A stretch of DNA of 37,636 nt from Rhodospirillales bacterium (GTDB taxonomy: Bacteria; Pseudomonadota; Alphaproteobacteria; UBA8366; JADFVY01): the NCBI GenBank assembly GCA_020356105.1, contig CP070634.1, positions 3,408,360-3,445,995 on the forward strand. Reading direction: 5' to 3'. The position numbers and the translations under genes are program-made. Below are positions 9,615 through 18,127 of the stretch, piece after piece (position 1 is the first letter of the stretch; the number at the start of each line of letters is the position of its first letter). The notes under the pieces were generated by a model. It saw nothing but the letters and a program-made list of their open reading frames with translations, had not been told where the DNA came from and ran no database searches.

Positions 9615-10673
9615 TCATTCGTTCTTCGTCACACGACGAAAGACCGCAGGGGCGATCGCGACGACCAGGATGATCCGCGTTACGTGATGGGTCACCACGA
9701 AGGCGACATCGACGCCAAGCGCCAGCGCGGCGAGGCTCATCTCGGGCAGGCCGCCCGGCGCAAAGGAGAGAACGAGCGCAGGCAGGCTGGCGCTGAAGAG
9801 ATATCCGCCCGCCAATGCAAACATCGCCGCGATCGCGAGCATGACAACAGTCAGACCGGCGCCGATGGCGAGCGCGCGCAGAATCTCGCGCGGCGCAACA
9901 CCGGCAAACCGGCACCCGACCGACGCCCCGATGATCAGCTGCGCCAAATTGACCAGCTCGCGCGGGGGCTGCGACTCGGTCAGGCCCGTGATGTGCAGGG
10001 CCGCGCTCACGATCAGCGGCCCGAGCATCATCGGCGACGGCATTCGCAGCTTCCAGGCGAGAACCCAGCCCAACGCGCCCGCACCCGTCAGAATCAGCAA
10101 TTCACGGACCTCGACGCTTTCGATGCCGACACCGAGGGTCGATCGGTCAACACCCTGCAACTGGCCGGTAACCTGAAACCATATCGGAATCGCGAAGACG
10201 ACGAGCAGCACCCGGCTTCCGTGAATCAGGCCGACCTTGCGCTCGTCGGCTCCGGCCGCGCCGGCGATCGCCACCATCGAGGCCATGCCGCCCGGCATGG
10301 CGCAGAAGAAAGCGGTCACAGGATCGAACCCCGCGATGCGGCGGAAGTACGGATAGGCGATGGCCGCCGTCAGCAGAACGCAGACCGACAGCAGGGTCAG
10401 GCTGCCGAACCACTGCCCAATCCGTGCCAGCATATCGGGCGCGAAGGTGCTGCCCAGCATGACGCCGAGCACCGCGAACATGACCGGTCGGATGCGCGTG
10501 GGAGCCGTGACCGGCACGCGCAAAATCGCGGCGATCGTCGTCGTGCACATCGCGCCGAGCATCCATGGCAACGGCAGGCGCAGCCAGGAAAACAACAAGG
10601 CCCCTGCCGCTCCGATGATGAGGGCCAGGACAACCCGCGCAGCCGGACGGCCGAACATGTCGCCGGCCGTCAT
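9615..10673 (-). CDS. AbrB-family (AidB regulator / putative ammonia monooxygenase-like) membrane protein
   Basis: PLPWMLG, duplicated PGG motifs (AMPGGMASM, FAPGGLPEM), VAFVVTHHVTR. Confidence 0.88.
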   Translation of the reverse strand: MTAGDMFGRPAARVVLALIIGAAGALLFSWLRLPLPWMLGAMCTTTIAAILRVPVTAPTRIRPVMFAVLGVMLGSTFAPDMLARIGQWFGSLTLLSVCVLLTAAIAYPYFRRIAGFDPVTAFFCAMPGGMASMVAIAGAAGADERKVGLIHGSRVLLVVFAIPIWFQVTGQLQGVDRSTLGVGIESVEVRELLILTGAGALGWVLAWKLRMPSPMMLGPLIVSAALHITGLTESQPPRELVNLAQLIIGASVGCRFAGVAPREILRALAIGAGLTVVMLAIAAMFALAGGYLFSASLPALVLSFAPGGLPEMSLAALALGVDVAFVVTHHVTRIILVVAIAPAVFRRVTKNE

Positions 10674-10831
10674 TGCGTCGTTCCGCCAAGCCAGAAACCG
10701 CGTCCCGGACGGCCACCGCACGGACCGGGCCCGTTGCGAAGGCTGTTGCATGGCCGGTGGCCAATCGCGATGGCGGGCCGCGCTCGATACGTCGCTGCGG
10801 TGTATGAGGTTGGAATCCGGGGACGCACGGC

Positions 10832-11803
10832 TCAGACCACCTGGTCACGTGGCCGTTGTCCGGCGAACCATGCATCGAGGTTGTCGAGCGCTCGAAAGCC
10901 CATGGCATTGCGGGTTTCGACCGTCGCGCTGCCGATATGCGGTAGCAGGAACACGTTGGACAATGAAAGATAGCGCTTGTCGAAATCTGGCTCGCCCTCA
11001 TACACGTCGAGACCGGCAGCCGCCAGCTTGCCCGAGCGTAGCGCGGCGATCAGGGCATCGTCGTCGATGACCGATCCGCGGGCCGTGTTGACCACGATTG
11101 CGCCGTCAGGCAGCAACGCGATGCGGCGCGCATCCACGAAATGCCTCGTTTCGGCCGAGCCCGGGCAGTTGGTCGACAGAAAGTCGCAATGCGGCAGCAT
11201 CTCGTCAGGGTCGGCGTGAAAGATCGCGCCTTTTTCCGTCTCGGCCGGCAGCCGACTACGATTGCTGTAGTGAATTTCCATCTCGAAACCGCGGGCTCGC
11301 TGGGCAACCGCCTGGCCAATCCGCCCCATGCCGAAGATGCCCAACCGCTTGCCGGTAACCTCAACACCCAGCATGTCCATCGCCGCCCAGCGACCCCACC
11401 GTCCTTCCCGCAGGATTCGCTCCGCGTTCTGAGCCTGACGCGCGGCGCCGATGAGACAGAGCATCGTGATATCGGCGGTCGCATCGGTGAGCACTTCGGG
11501 CGTGTTTGTCACCACAAGTCCCCGGGCCTTGGCGGCCGCGATGTCGATATGGTCGTAGCCGACGGAGAATGTCGCCAGGATCTTGACCCGCTCCGGCAGC
11601 CGCGCGATCACGTCGGCGGTGAATTTCTCGGTGCCGCAGGTCAGGATCGCATCGGCACCACAGTTCCGGCTCTCGTTGATCAGATCATTCGGGCCATAAG
11701 CCACATCATCATCGTTCAGCACGCCGCGGTAATCGCGCATCAGCCGCGTTTCGACATCGGCCGGGAGTTTGCGGGTCACGAACAGGATCGGTCTTTCGGT
11801 CAT
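10832..11803 (-). CDS. 2-hydroxyacid dehydrogenase (glyoxylate/hydroxypyruvate reductase, GyaR-like)
   Basis: SVGYDHID, TNTPEVL, GMGRIG, NTARG, GLDVYEGEP, LPHIGSAT. Confidence 0.92.
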   Translation of the reverse strand: MTERPILFVTRKLPADVETRLMRDYRGVLNDDDVAYGPNDLINESRNCGADAILTCGTEKFTADVIARLPERVKILATFSVGYDHIDIAAAKARGLVVTNTPEVLTDATADITMLCLIGAARQAQNAERILREGRWGRWAAMDMLGVEVTGKRLGIFGMGRIGQAVAQRARGFEMEIHYSNRSRLPAETEKGAIFHADPDEMLPHCDFLSTNCPGSAETRHFVDARRIALLPDGAIVVNTARGSVIDDDALIAALRSGKLAAAGLDVYEGEPDFDKRYLSLSNVFLLPHIGSATVETRNAMGFRALDNLDAWFAGQRPRDQVV

Positions 11804-11926
11804 GGGGTGGCTCCCGGGCAGTTTGTCGCGCCGTGTCGGCGGTTTCTTATTGCGTTGCGTCGTGACATAATCAAGGGCTGCGGGTTGCCTTCGTGCCCGA
11901 TCCTTCCAATTTCCCGGGAGCACTCT

Positions 11927-12739
11927 ATGATCCGGATGATAGCCGCAACTGCCGCGGTCTTTCTTGCCTTCTCTGCGACCGCGCAGACAACGGCCGCCGA
12001 ACTCATCTCTCACCGCGCCATCTACCGACTATCGCTGGCATCGCTCAGCCCGGACAGCGAGATATCGGCGGCAGAAGGCGGAATCGGCTACGAGATATCC
12101 GATGGGTGCGACGGCTGGATCGTCGAGCAGCAATTCGCGATGCGGATTATGTGGTCGGACGGCAATGAAATCGAGACATCCGACAGCTTTGCCTCATGGG
12201 AGTCGAAGGACGGCCTCAAATACCGTTTCAACATCCGGAAATTCAGGAACGGCACCGAGTACATGGTGATCAACGGCAGCGCCGAGCTGTCCTCCAGGAA
12301 TGGGCCCGGAACGGCGACCTTCGACGCGCCCGAAAGCGAAACGATTGCCCTCCCCAGGGGAACGATCTTTCCCACCGAACACACCGACCGGCTTCTCCAG
12401 AAGGCCCGCAAAGGTGAGAAGTTTGACCGGCAGTTGGTGTTCGACGGCTCCGAAGTCGAGGGAGCGGCACCGGTCTCAGCGTTCATTCTTGCCCAACGAC
12501 CGCCGGCGGAAGACGGCTTACTCGAACCGCCGCTTGGCCCGCATCCCGTATGGCCGATGAAGCTCGCCTTCTATGCCGCCGAAGGCAAAGCGGGCGCAGG
12601 CGAGGAGCTGCCCGATTTCGAGCTGTCGATGGACCTTCAGGAAAACGGCGTCGCGACCAAGCTGGTGCTCCACTTCGATGACTTTGCGCTAAACGGGACG
12701 CTCGAGCGCATTGAGCACTTGCCGGACGTCGGCTGCTGA
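11927..12739 (+). CDS. eipB: Cell envelope integrity protein EipB (DUF1849)
   Basis: Signal peptide, SHRAIYRLSL, CDGW, SWESKDG..YRF, FPTEH, FDG, ENGV, C-terminal Cys. Confidence 0.85.
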   Translation: MIRMIAATAAVFLAFSATAQTTAAELISHRAIYRLSLASLSPDSEISAAEGGIGYEISDGCDGWIVEQQFAMRIMWSDGNEIETSDSFASWESKDGLKYRFNIRKFRNGTEYMVINGSAELSSRNGPGTATFDAPESETIALPRGTIFPTEHTDRLLQKARKGEKFDRQLVFDGSEVEGAAPVSAFILAQRPPAEDGLLEPPLGPHPVWPMKLAFYAAEGKAGAGEELPDFELSMDLQENGVATKLVLHFDDFALNGTLERIEHLPDVGC

Positions 12740-12778
12740 ACGACCGGCCTGGGCCAGGCGAAGGGGGCGACGAGCGGA

Positions 12779-14044
12779 TCAGAGACTCCGGCCTTTCATG
12801 ATCGCGGTCTTCCCGGCCTTGCGCCGCACCCGGTCGATTGCACGCTCCAAGCGGGCGTCCGGGCGATCTTCCGGTGCCAGCAGATCGGGCTGGGGCGCCC
12901 GTTCGGCGGCGCAAAGCTCTTCGGCGCCGACACCGACGAGACGAAACGCTTCGCCACCGGCCTCGCGTGCCAGCAATGGCTGTACGGCCTGGAAGAGCTC
13001 TTCGGCCAGGTTAGTCGGACGCGCGAGGGTGCGACTGCGCGTCATCAACCTGAAATCTGCGGTCTTCAGCTTGAGCGTGACTCGCTGCCCAAGGACGTCT
13101 CTGGCCTTCAGGCGTCGCGCAACATCCTCGCACAACGGCCACATGGCCCTCGACAGCACGGCAGAATCGGCACTGTCGGCGACCAACGTGGTTTCACTGG
13201 AGACGCTCTTGGCCCGTTGAACGGGACTGACCTTGCGGTCATCCCGGCCGCGCGCAAATCGATGGAGCTGGTGTCCGACCGCGCCATAGCGGCGAATCAG
13301 GGTCGCCTCATCAATCGTCTGCAGGTCGCCGATGGTCGAGATACCGTCGCGCCGCAGCCTTGCCTCCAGCGCACGGCCGACACCGTAGATCGTGCCGATC
13401 GGGCGCGGCGCGAGAAACTGTCTGGCCTCCGCGCACCCGATCACGGCGAAGCCGCGCGGCTTGTCGAGATCCGATGCGGTTTTGGCGAGGAACTTGTTGT
13501 AGCTGAGGCCGATGCTCACGCCGATGCCAATTGTCCGTTCGATGTCCAGCGCGAGTCGGGCCAAGGTGCCCGCCGGACTGCGGCGATGCAGCAACTCGGT
13601 CCCGCCGAGATCGAGAAACGCCTCATCGATCGACAACGGTTCGACCAACGGCGTTGCGGCGCGCATCAGTGCCCGGACCTGGCTGCCCACGGCCGCGTAT
13701 TTTGCCATGTCGGGTCGGATCACGACCGCGTCGGGGCAGACCTCGAGAGCCTTGAACATCGGCATTGCCGAACGTATGCCGTAGACCCTCGCAACATAGC
13801 AGGCCGCCGCCACCACACCGCGCCGTCCACCGCCGATGATGACCGGACGGTCGACGAGGTCAGGGCAATCCCGCTTTTCGATCGCGGCGTAAAACGCATC
13901 GCAATCGATATGGGCGATCGCCAGCCGATGCAGTTCGGGATGGCTCAAAACGCGGGGCGAGCCACACTCCGGGCAACGCTCTTCGGGCATCTCCGCCGGT
14001 GCAGCCAGGCAATCCCTGCACATATGGCCGAGCGCGTGACTCAT
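12779..14044 (-). CDS. dinB: DNA polymerase IV with N-terminal Zn-ribbon
   Basis: CRDC...CPECG, HIDCDAFYA, CYVAR.YG, SIDEAFLD, NKFLAKTASD.DKPRG; ATGA overlap with ROK gene. Confidence 0.93.
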   Translation of the reverse strand: MSHALGHMCRDCLAAPAEMPEERCPECGSPRVLSHPELHRLAIAHIDCDAFYAAIEKRDCPDLVDRPVIIGGGRRGVVAAACYVARVYGIRSAMPMFKALEVCPDAVVIRPDMAKYAAVGSQVRALMRAATPLVEPLSIDEAFLDLGGTELLHRRSPAGTLARLALDIERTIGIGVSIGLSYNKFLAKTASDLDKPRGFAVIGCAEARQFLAPRPIGTIYGVGRALEARLRRDGISTIGDLQTIDEATLIRRYGAVGHQLHRFARGRDDRKVSPVQRAKSVSSETTLVADSADSAVLSRAMWPLCEDVARRLKARDVLGQRVTLKLKTADFRLMTRSRTLARPTNLAEELFQAVQPLLAREAGGEAFRLVGVGAEELCAAERAPQPDLLAPEDRPDARLERAIDRVRRKAGKTAIMKGRSL

Positions 14045-14946
14045 GCCTCGCCTTCCGTGGGCCAGAGCCAGGCGGCCCCTCTGACGCCGCTCGAGTCCCC
14101 GTGCTGCGGCGGCAAGAGGCGCGTCGCCACCCGGTCCGAGAAGATCCAGCGATCCCACATCGATGGGATCGTCTCATACAAGCGATCGATATTGGACATG
14201 CCCCCGCCGAGCACGACGACGTCCGGGTCGAACAGGTTGATGACATGCGCCAGAGCCCGCGCCAATCGCTCCTCATAGCGGGCGAAGCTCGCCATACACT
14301 CGGCGTCCCCATCTGCGGCGCGCGCAACGAGCGTGGCCGGGTCAAGGCGTTGCGACGTGCCGGCCTCGTGGTCGCGGCGGAGACCAGGGCCCGACAGATA
14401 GGTTTCAATACAGCCATTCCGACCACACCAGCAAGGCGGCCCCGGATATTCGTCGGGCGCCGGCCAGGGCAACGGGTTATGCCCCCATTCTCCGGCGATC
14501 GCGTTAATGCCGGTGTGAAGCGCGCCGTTGATCACGAGGCCGCCCCCGACACCGGTACCCAGGATCACACCGAACACCGCGGAGGCTCCCGCACCGGAAC
14601 CGTCCGCTGCTTCCGAGAGCGCGAAACAATTCGCATCATTTGCGATGCGGACGTTCTGGCCGAGCACGTTCGACAGGTCTTGCGCGAACGGCATCCCGTT
14701 CAACCACGTCGAGTTGGCGTTCTTGACCAGGTCAGTGGCCGGCGAAACAGTGCCGGGAATGCCAACGCCGATGCTGCAGCTCGCCCCTGCCTCGGCCATC
14801 GCCTGCCGCACCAAAGATGCGATGGCGTCAAGCACTGCGGGATAATTGCGAGGTGTTTCGGTCCGACGCCGGAACACCACATCGCCGTCAGGCGACAGCA
14901 ATGCAATCTCGATCTTGCTACCCCCGAGATCGATGCCTATGCGCAC
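14041..14946 (-). CDS. ROK family sugar kinase (Mak/fructokinase-like)
   Basis: GIDLGGSK, ANDANCFALSE, ILGTGVGGG, GEWGH, CWCGRNGCIE, HGDSSGVRGAAWL. Confidence 0.92.
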   Translation of the reverse strand: MRIGIDLGGSKIEIALLSPDGDVVFRRRTETPRNYPAVLDAIASLVRQAMAEAGASCSIGVGIPGTVSPATDLVKNANSTWLNGMPFAQDLSNVLGQNVRIANDANCFALSEAADGSGAGASAVFGVILGTGVGGGLVINGALHTGINAIAGEWGHNPLPWPAPDEYPGPPCWCGRNGCIETYLSGPGLRRDHEAGTSQRLDPATLVARAADGDAECMASFARYEERLARALAHVINLFDPDVVVLGGGMSNIDRLYETIPSMWDRWIFSDRVATRLLPPQHGDSSGVRGAAWLWPTEGEA

Positions 14947-15130
14947 CCGATTCTGCCTCCCGAATCATATCGCCGCGGCAATGTGCCCGTATGATTATTG
15001 CTTATCCGCCGAATTATGATACGAATCAAAACAATCCCGTCCAAATTAACCTTCTGTATACCAATCAATGCGACGATTTCGCCTCGGACAATCCAGATTG
15101 CGGTCCGCTCCGACCCGGGGGGCATAAGAG

Positions 15131-15502
15131 ATGGCCAAGACGATCCTAATCGTCGAGGACAACGAGCTGAATATGAAGCTCTTCCGCGATCTGCTGGAAG
15201 CTCAGGGATACGACATACTGGAGACGCGCGACGGAATGCAGGCGCTTGAGCTGGCCCGCGAGGAGCGGCCCGATCTCATCGTCATGGATATTCAATTGCC
15301 GCAGGTTTCGGGGCTCGAAGTCACGAAATGGATCAAGGCGGACGACAATCTGAAACACATCCCGGTGGTCGCGGTTACCGCCTTTGCCATGAAGGGGGAT
15401 GAGGAAAAGATCCGCGAGGGCGGCTGCGAGGCCTATGTCGCCAAGCCGATATCGGTCAAGGATTTCCTTTCCACCATTGAGCGCTTTCTCGGCAACTCCT
15501 GA
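15131..15502 (+). CDS. divK: Single-domain response regulator DivK
   Basis: [54 protein letters not shown]. Confidence 0.92.
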   Translation: MAKTILIVEDNELNMKLFRDLLEAQGYDILETRDGMQALELAREERPDLIVMDIQLPQVSGLEVTKWIKADDNLKHIPVVAVTAFAMKGDEEKIREGGCEAYVAKPISVKDFLSTIERFLGNS

Positions 15503-15777
15503 GCCAAGCCGGAAACCCGAAAACAGCATCAATCCCGCGATTGCAGCGGCGCCGATGGTTGCCAGTCCGACGACGCTCCAACGGGGATGCGCACTCCCGG
15601 TTCGGCGGCGATGCCTCGAGGCGATGCGACGACCCGCCGACCCTCTCGCCCTGCCCCGGTCGAATGGCCGCGCGAACCTTAAACGAAGCTGAAATCCCGC
15701 GTCAGCGAGTGTTCAGGCAACGCAAGATAATCTCTCGCGACAATCTGGACCGCCCCACTGTTAAGGAGATTTTCGGC

Positions 15778-16167
15778 ATGAAGGAAATCAAGAACGACAG
15801 CCCCGCAGAAACCATGAGTGACGGCGAGATCGAGTCGGTGGACGCCGGCCGCCGCCGAGCGCTGGCCCGGCTCGGCCTGACGGCAGCGATCGCCTATGCG
15901 GCCCCTGCCCTGCTCCCCCTGACGCCGGTCAAGGCCGACAGCGGCTCCGGCGGCGGCGGTGACTCCGACTCGGGCGGTGGCTCAAACAGCGGCAGCAGCG
16001 GCTCCAGCGGTACCGACGCATCCGATGGCACCGATGCGTCCGACGGCACCGATGCATCCGACGGCACCGACCCGTCCGGCCCGTCCGACGGATCGGATGA
16101 CGCCGATGACGGCACCAACCCGACGGAACCCACCGAGGCAACGGAGCCATCCGACGAAGTTGACTAA
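15778..16167 (+). CDS. Putative precursor peptide 1: twin-Arg-like leader with YxxPxL, acidic Ser/Thr repeat core (129 aa)
   Basis: AAGGAG RBS; VDAGRRRALARLGLTAAIAYAAPALLPLTPVKA then a G/S/D/T-rich repetitive tail. Confidence 0.8.
   Translation: MKEIKNDSPAETMSDGEIESVDAGRRRALARLGLTAAIAYAAPALLPLTPVKADSGSGGGGDSDSGGGSNSGSSGSSGTDASDGTDASDGTDASDGTDPSGPSDGSDDADDGTNPTEPTEATEPSDEVD
16009..16080 (+). repeat. 18-bp coding tandem repeat (GTDASD x3, then GTDPSG)
   Basis: ggtaccgacgcatccgat / ggcaccgatgcgtccgac / ggcaccgatgcatccgac / ggcaccgacccgtccggc; differences among the first three copies are all at third codon positions. Confidence 0.9.
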
Positions 16168-16188
16168 AGCAGCTTTTCGCTGGAATCT

Positions 16189-16216
16189 TGGGGACGGCGC
16201 GTCGGTGCCGTCCCCA
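16189..16216 (+). terminator. 12-bp stem-loop after precursor 1 (mRNA stabiliser or leaky terminator)
   Basis: TGGGGACGGCGC-GTCG-GTGCCGTCCCCA with one G-U pair; no long U tract. Confidence 0.7.
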
Positions 16217-16278
16217 TTCCTCATATCTGTCGCAGCTTTCCGGCAAGACCCCGACGCGGGGACATGACGATCTGACGC

Positions 16279-17487
16279 ATGAGACTGCAGTTCGAACAGA
16301 TAAACCAGCAGGTCCAGATCGACGACGATGACGCCCTGTTGTCGCCGTTGCCCAGCGTCTTTCGTTACTGGCCCTACCAAGAGGCAACCGCGTCCACGTC
16401 GGACGAACCGGTCGTCACGGTGCGGCGGGAGGGAACGGGCTATCGCCTGTTCGCGCGCTGGCGCGACAAGCCGCCACGCTATTCGAACCCCGTGAACCTG
16501 GCATGTGGCCTTGCATTGAACCTCAATCGGGCGATGCTGGAACAGGAAAGATCGTACCTTTGCCTGCACGGCGCCGGGCTGCAGATCGGTGGCCGGCTGG
16601 TGGTTCTGCCCAATTACTACCGCGCGGGCAAGAGCGCTCTAACCGTGTGTCTGGCGGCCGGCGGCGCACGGGTCTTCAGTGACGACATCCTGCCCTTGCT
16701 GCCGGACGGTTCGGGCATGGCGCTGGGCGTATCGCCGCGTTTGCGCCTGCCGCTGCCGGCGGGGCTTGGTGAACGGACTTTGCGGTTCATCAAGCGCCGA
16801 CGGGGGGCCGTCAATGCGCAGTATCTCTATGTCCAGCTGGAGCCGCATGAGCAGGCCCGATTCGGTGAGACTTCGGATTTCGGCGGTTTCGTGCTGCTCG
16901 ATCGGCGCGAGTCCGGACCGGCGCGCCTGTCGCCGGCAAGCAGCGGCCAGGTTCTCAAACAGGTCGTTCTGCGCAATTTTGCCCGGCAAGTGCCCGCCGA
17001 AACCGCGCTGGACCGCCTTCATGACCTCGTGGCCAATTCAGCCTGTTATACCTTGACCTATTCGAACGGCGACGAGGCGGCGGACCTGCTGATGCAGCGC
17101 TTCACGACGGGCGGCACGGACGTCGCGAAACCGGCGGATCAAAGAGAGGCGACGGCGCTCAATTCGGCTCCCGCCGCCAAGGTCGTGCCCGCCGGCGAAT
17201 ATCCGCGACGCAGGCCCGGGGTCAGAGAGCGACTGGTCGATGGCGACCTGTTCCTGGTCGATGGCGCCGGCCAGGCCATCTACCACCTGAACCCCGTGGG
17301 CGCCGGGCTGTGGCGGCTCATGGATGGCAGTTGCGGCTCGGACGAGGTGGTTTCGCTGTTGCAGGAGGCGTTCCCGGATGTCGAGCAAGGGGTGATTGCG
17401 CGTGACGTTGCGACCATCACCGCCGACCTGTTGAGTCGCGGGCTGCTGTACAAGGGCACAGACCCTGCGGCAAATTGCGGAAATTGA
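16279..17487 (+). CDS. HprK-related P-loop kinase fused to C-terminal PqqD/RRE domain (copy 1)
   Basis: LCLHGAG, Walker A NYYRAGKS, FSDD, PRLRLP; C-terminal VDGDLFL...AIYHLNPVGAGLWRLMDG...L..AFPD...DV....DL..RGLL. Confidence 0.82.
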   Translation: MRLQFEQINQQVQIDDDDALLSPLPSVFRYWPYQEATASTSDEPVVTVRREGTGYRLFARWRDKPPRYSNPVNLACGLALNLNRAMLEQERSYLCLHGAGLQIGGRLVVLPNYYRAGKSALTVCLAAGGARVFSDDILPLLPDGSGMALGVSPRLRLPLPAGLGERTLRFIKRRRGAVNAQYLYVQLEPHEQARFGETSDFGGFVLLDRRESGPARLSPASSGQVLKQVVLRNFARQVPAETALDRLHDLVANSACYTLTYSNGDEAADLLMQRFTTGGTDVAKPADQREATALNSAPAAKVVPAGEYPRRRPGVRERLVDGDLFLVDGAGQAIYHLNPVGAGLWRLMDGSCGSDEVVSLLQEAFPDVEQGVIARDVATITADLLSRGLLYKGTDPAANCGN

Positions 17488-17785
17488 GACTGATTTTCCT
17501 TCCGCGAGAGAGAATTTCCTATATTTCTCAACAAATTGGAAACGATTGCGCTAAGGTACGCTAGCGCACTCTGCTATCGTATTCATGTAATGGTCCGTTT
17601 TCGGGACTGCCGAAACAGGGGCTCTCAGGGCGGCAGTCGCGAGCGCAAGAACGGACAGGCTGACGCCGTCAAGGCGCGTGTTAGCCGATTTCTGCAAGAC
17701 AGGTGAGGCATCGGAGCCAGGCTCCGTTCAGGCGGCACGTCCCGCACGGGGAATCGTCGATACCCTGTTGTGACGAGAACCGCAA

Positions 17786-18010
17786 ATGTGGAGCCCTGGA
17801 TTGAACTCGAAGCGAAAGCCGCAACCGCGAAACCGTCGATTCAATGCGACCGGTGCGTTCACCGAGATCCACGTCGATCCCCGGCAAAGGCGTGCCCTCG
17901 CCCGACTTGGACTTGCGACAGCCAACACTTACACGGCGCCGACGCTGCTCGCCCTCAGGTCTGCGCAGCGATCCCCGGACGCCCCCGGCCGTGTCGTCGC
18001 CGCGGCCTGA
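17786..18010 (+). CDS. Putative precursor peptide 2, paralog of precursor 1 with short core (possibly decayed)
   Basis: VDPRQRRALARLGLATANTYTAPTLLAL aligns ungapped with the precursor 1 leader; alternative TTG start at 17801 with GGAG upstream. Confidence 0.65.
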   Translation: MWSPGLNSKRKPQPRNRRFNATGAFTEIHVDPRQRRALARLGLATANTYTAPTLLALRSAQRSPDAPGRVVAAA

Positions 18011-18127
18011 CGATCGAATCATGCTCACCTGCAGGGCTGGCGGCTTGGTCCGCCGGGCGGACCGAACCGCGGCGAGAAGGCCAATTCGCCGAATGCATGC
18101 CGGCTGAGTGAGCAAGGGGGGAGGTCA

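Noticed and set aside
9615-10673. Ammonia monooxygenase
   Set aside because: Family name is historical; no amoCAB features are present
15541-15777. Longer N-terminus for precursor 1 from the ORF track
   Set aside because: TTG start without RBS; AAGGAG points to ATG 15778
16009-16080. CRISPR array or non-coding VNTR
   Set aside because: No spacers; in-frame 18-bp units with silent variation inside an ORF
16264-16275. In-frame ATG-ACG-ATC-TGA micro-ORF just before kinase 1
   Set aside because: Too short to support; alignment with kinase 2 places the true start at 16279
17605-17638. Glycine riboswitch (CCGAA...CTCTCAGG)
   Set aside because: No GGAGA element or matching helix arrangement, and no glycine-related gene downstream
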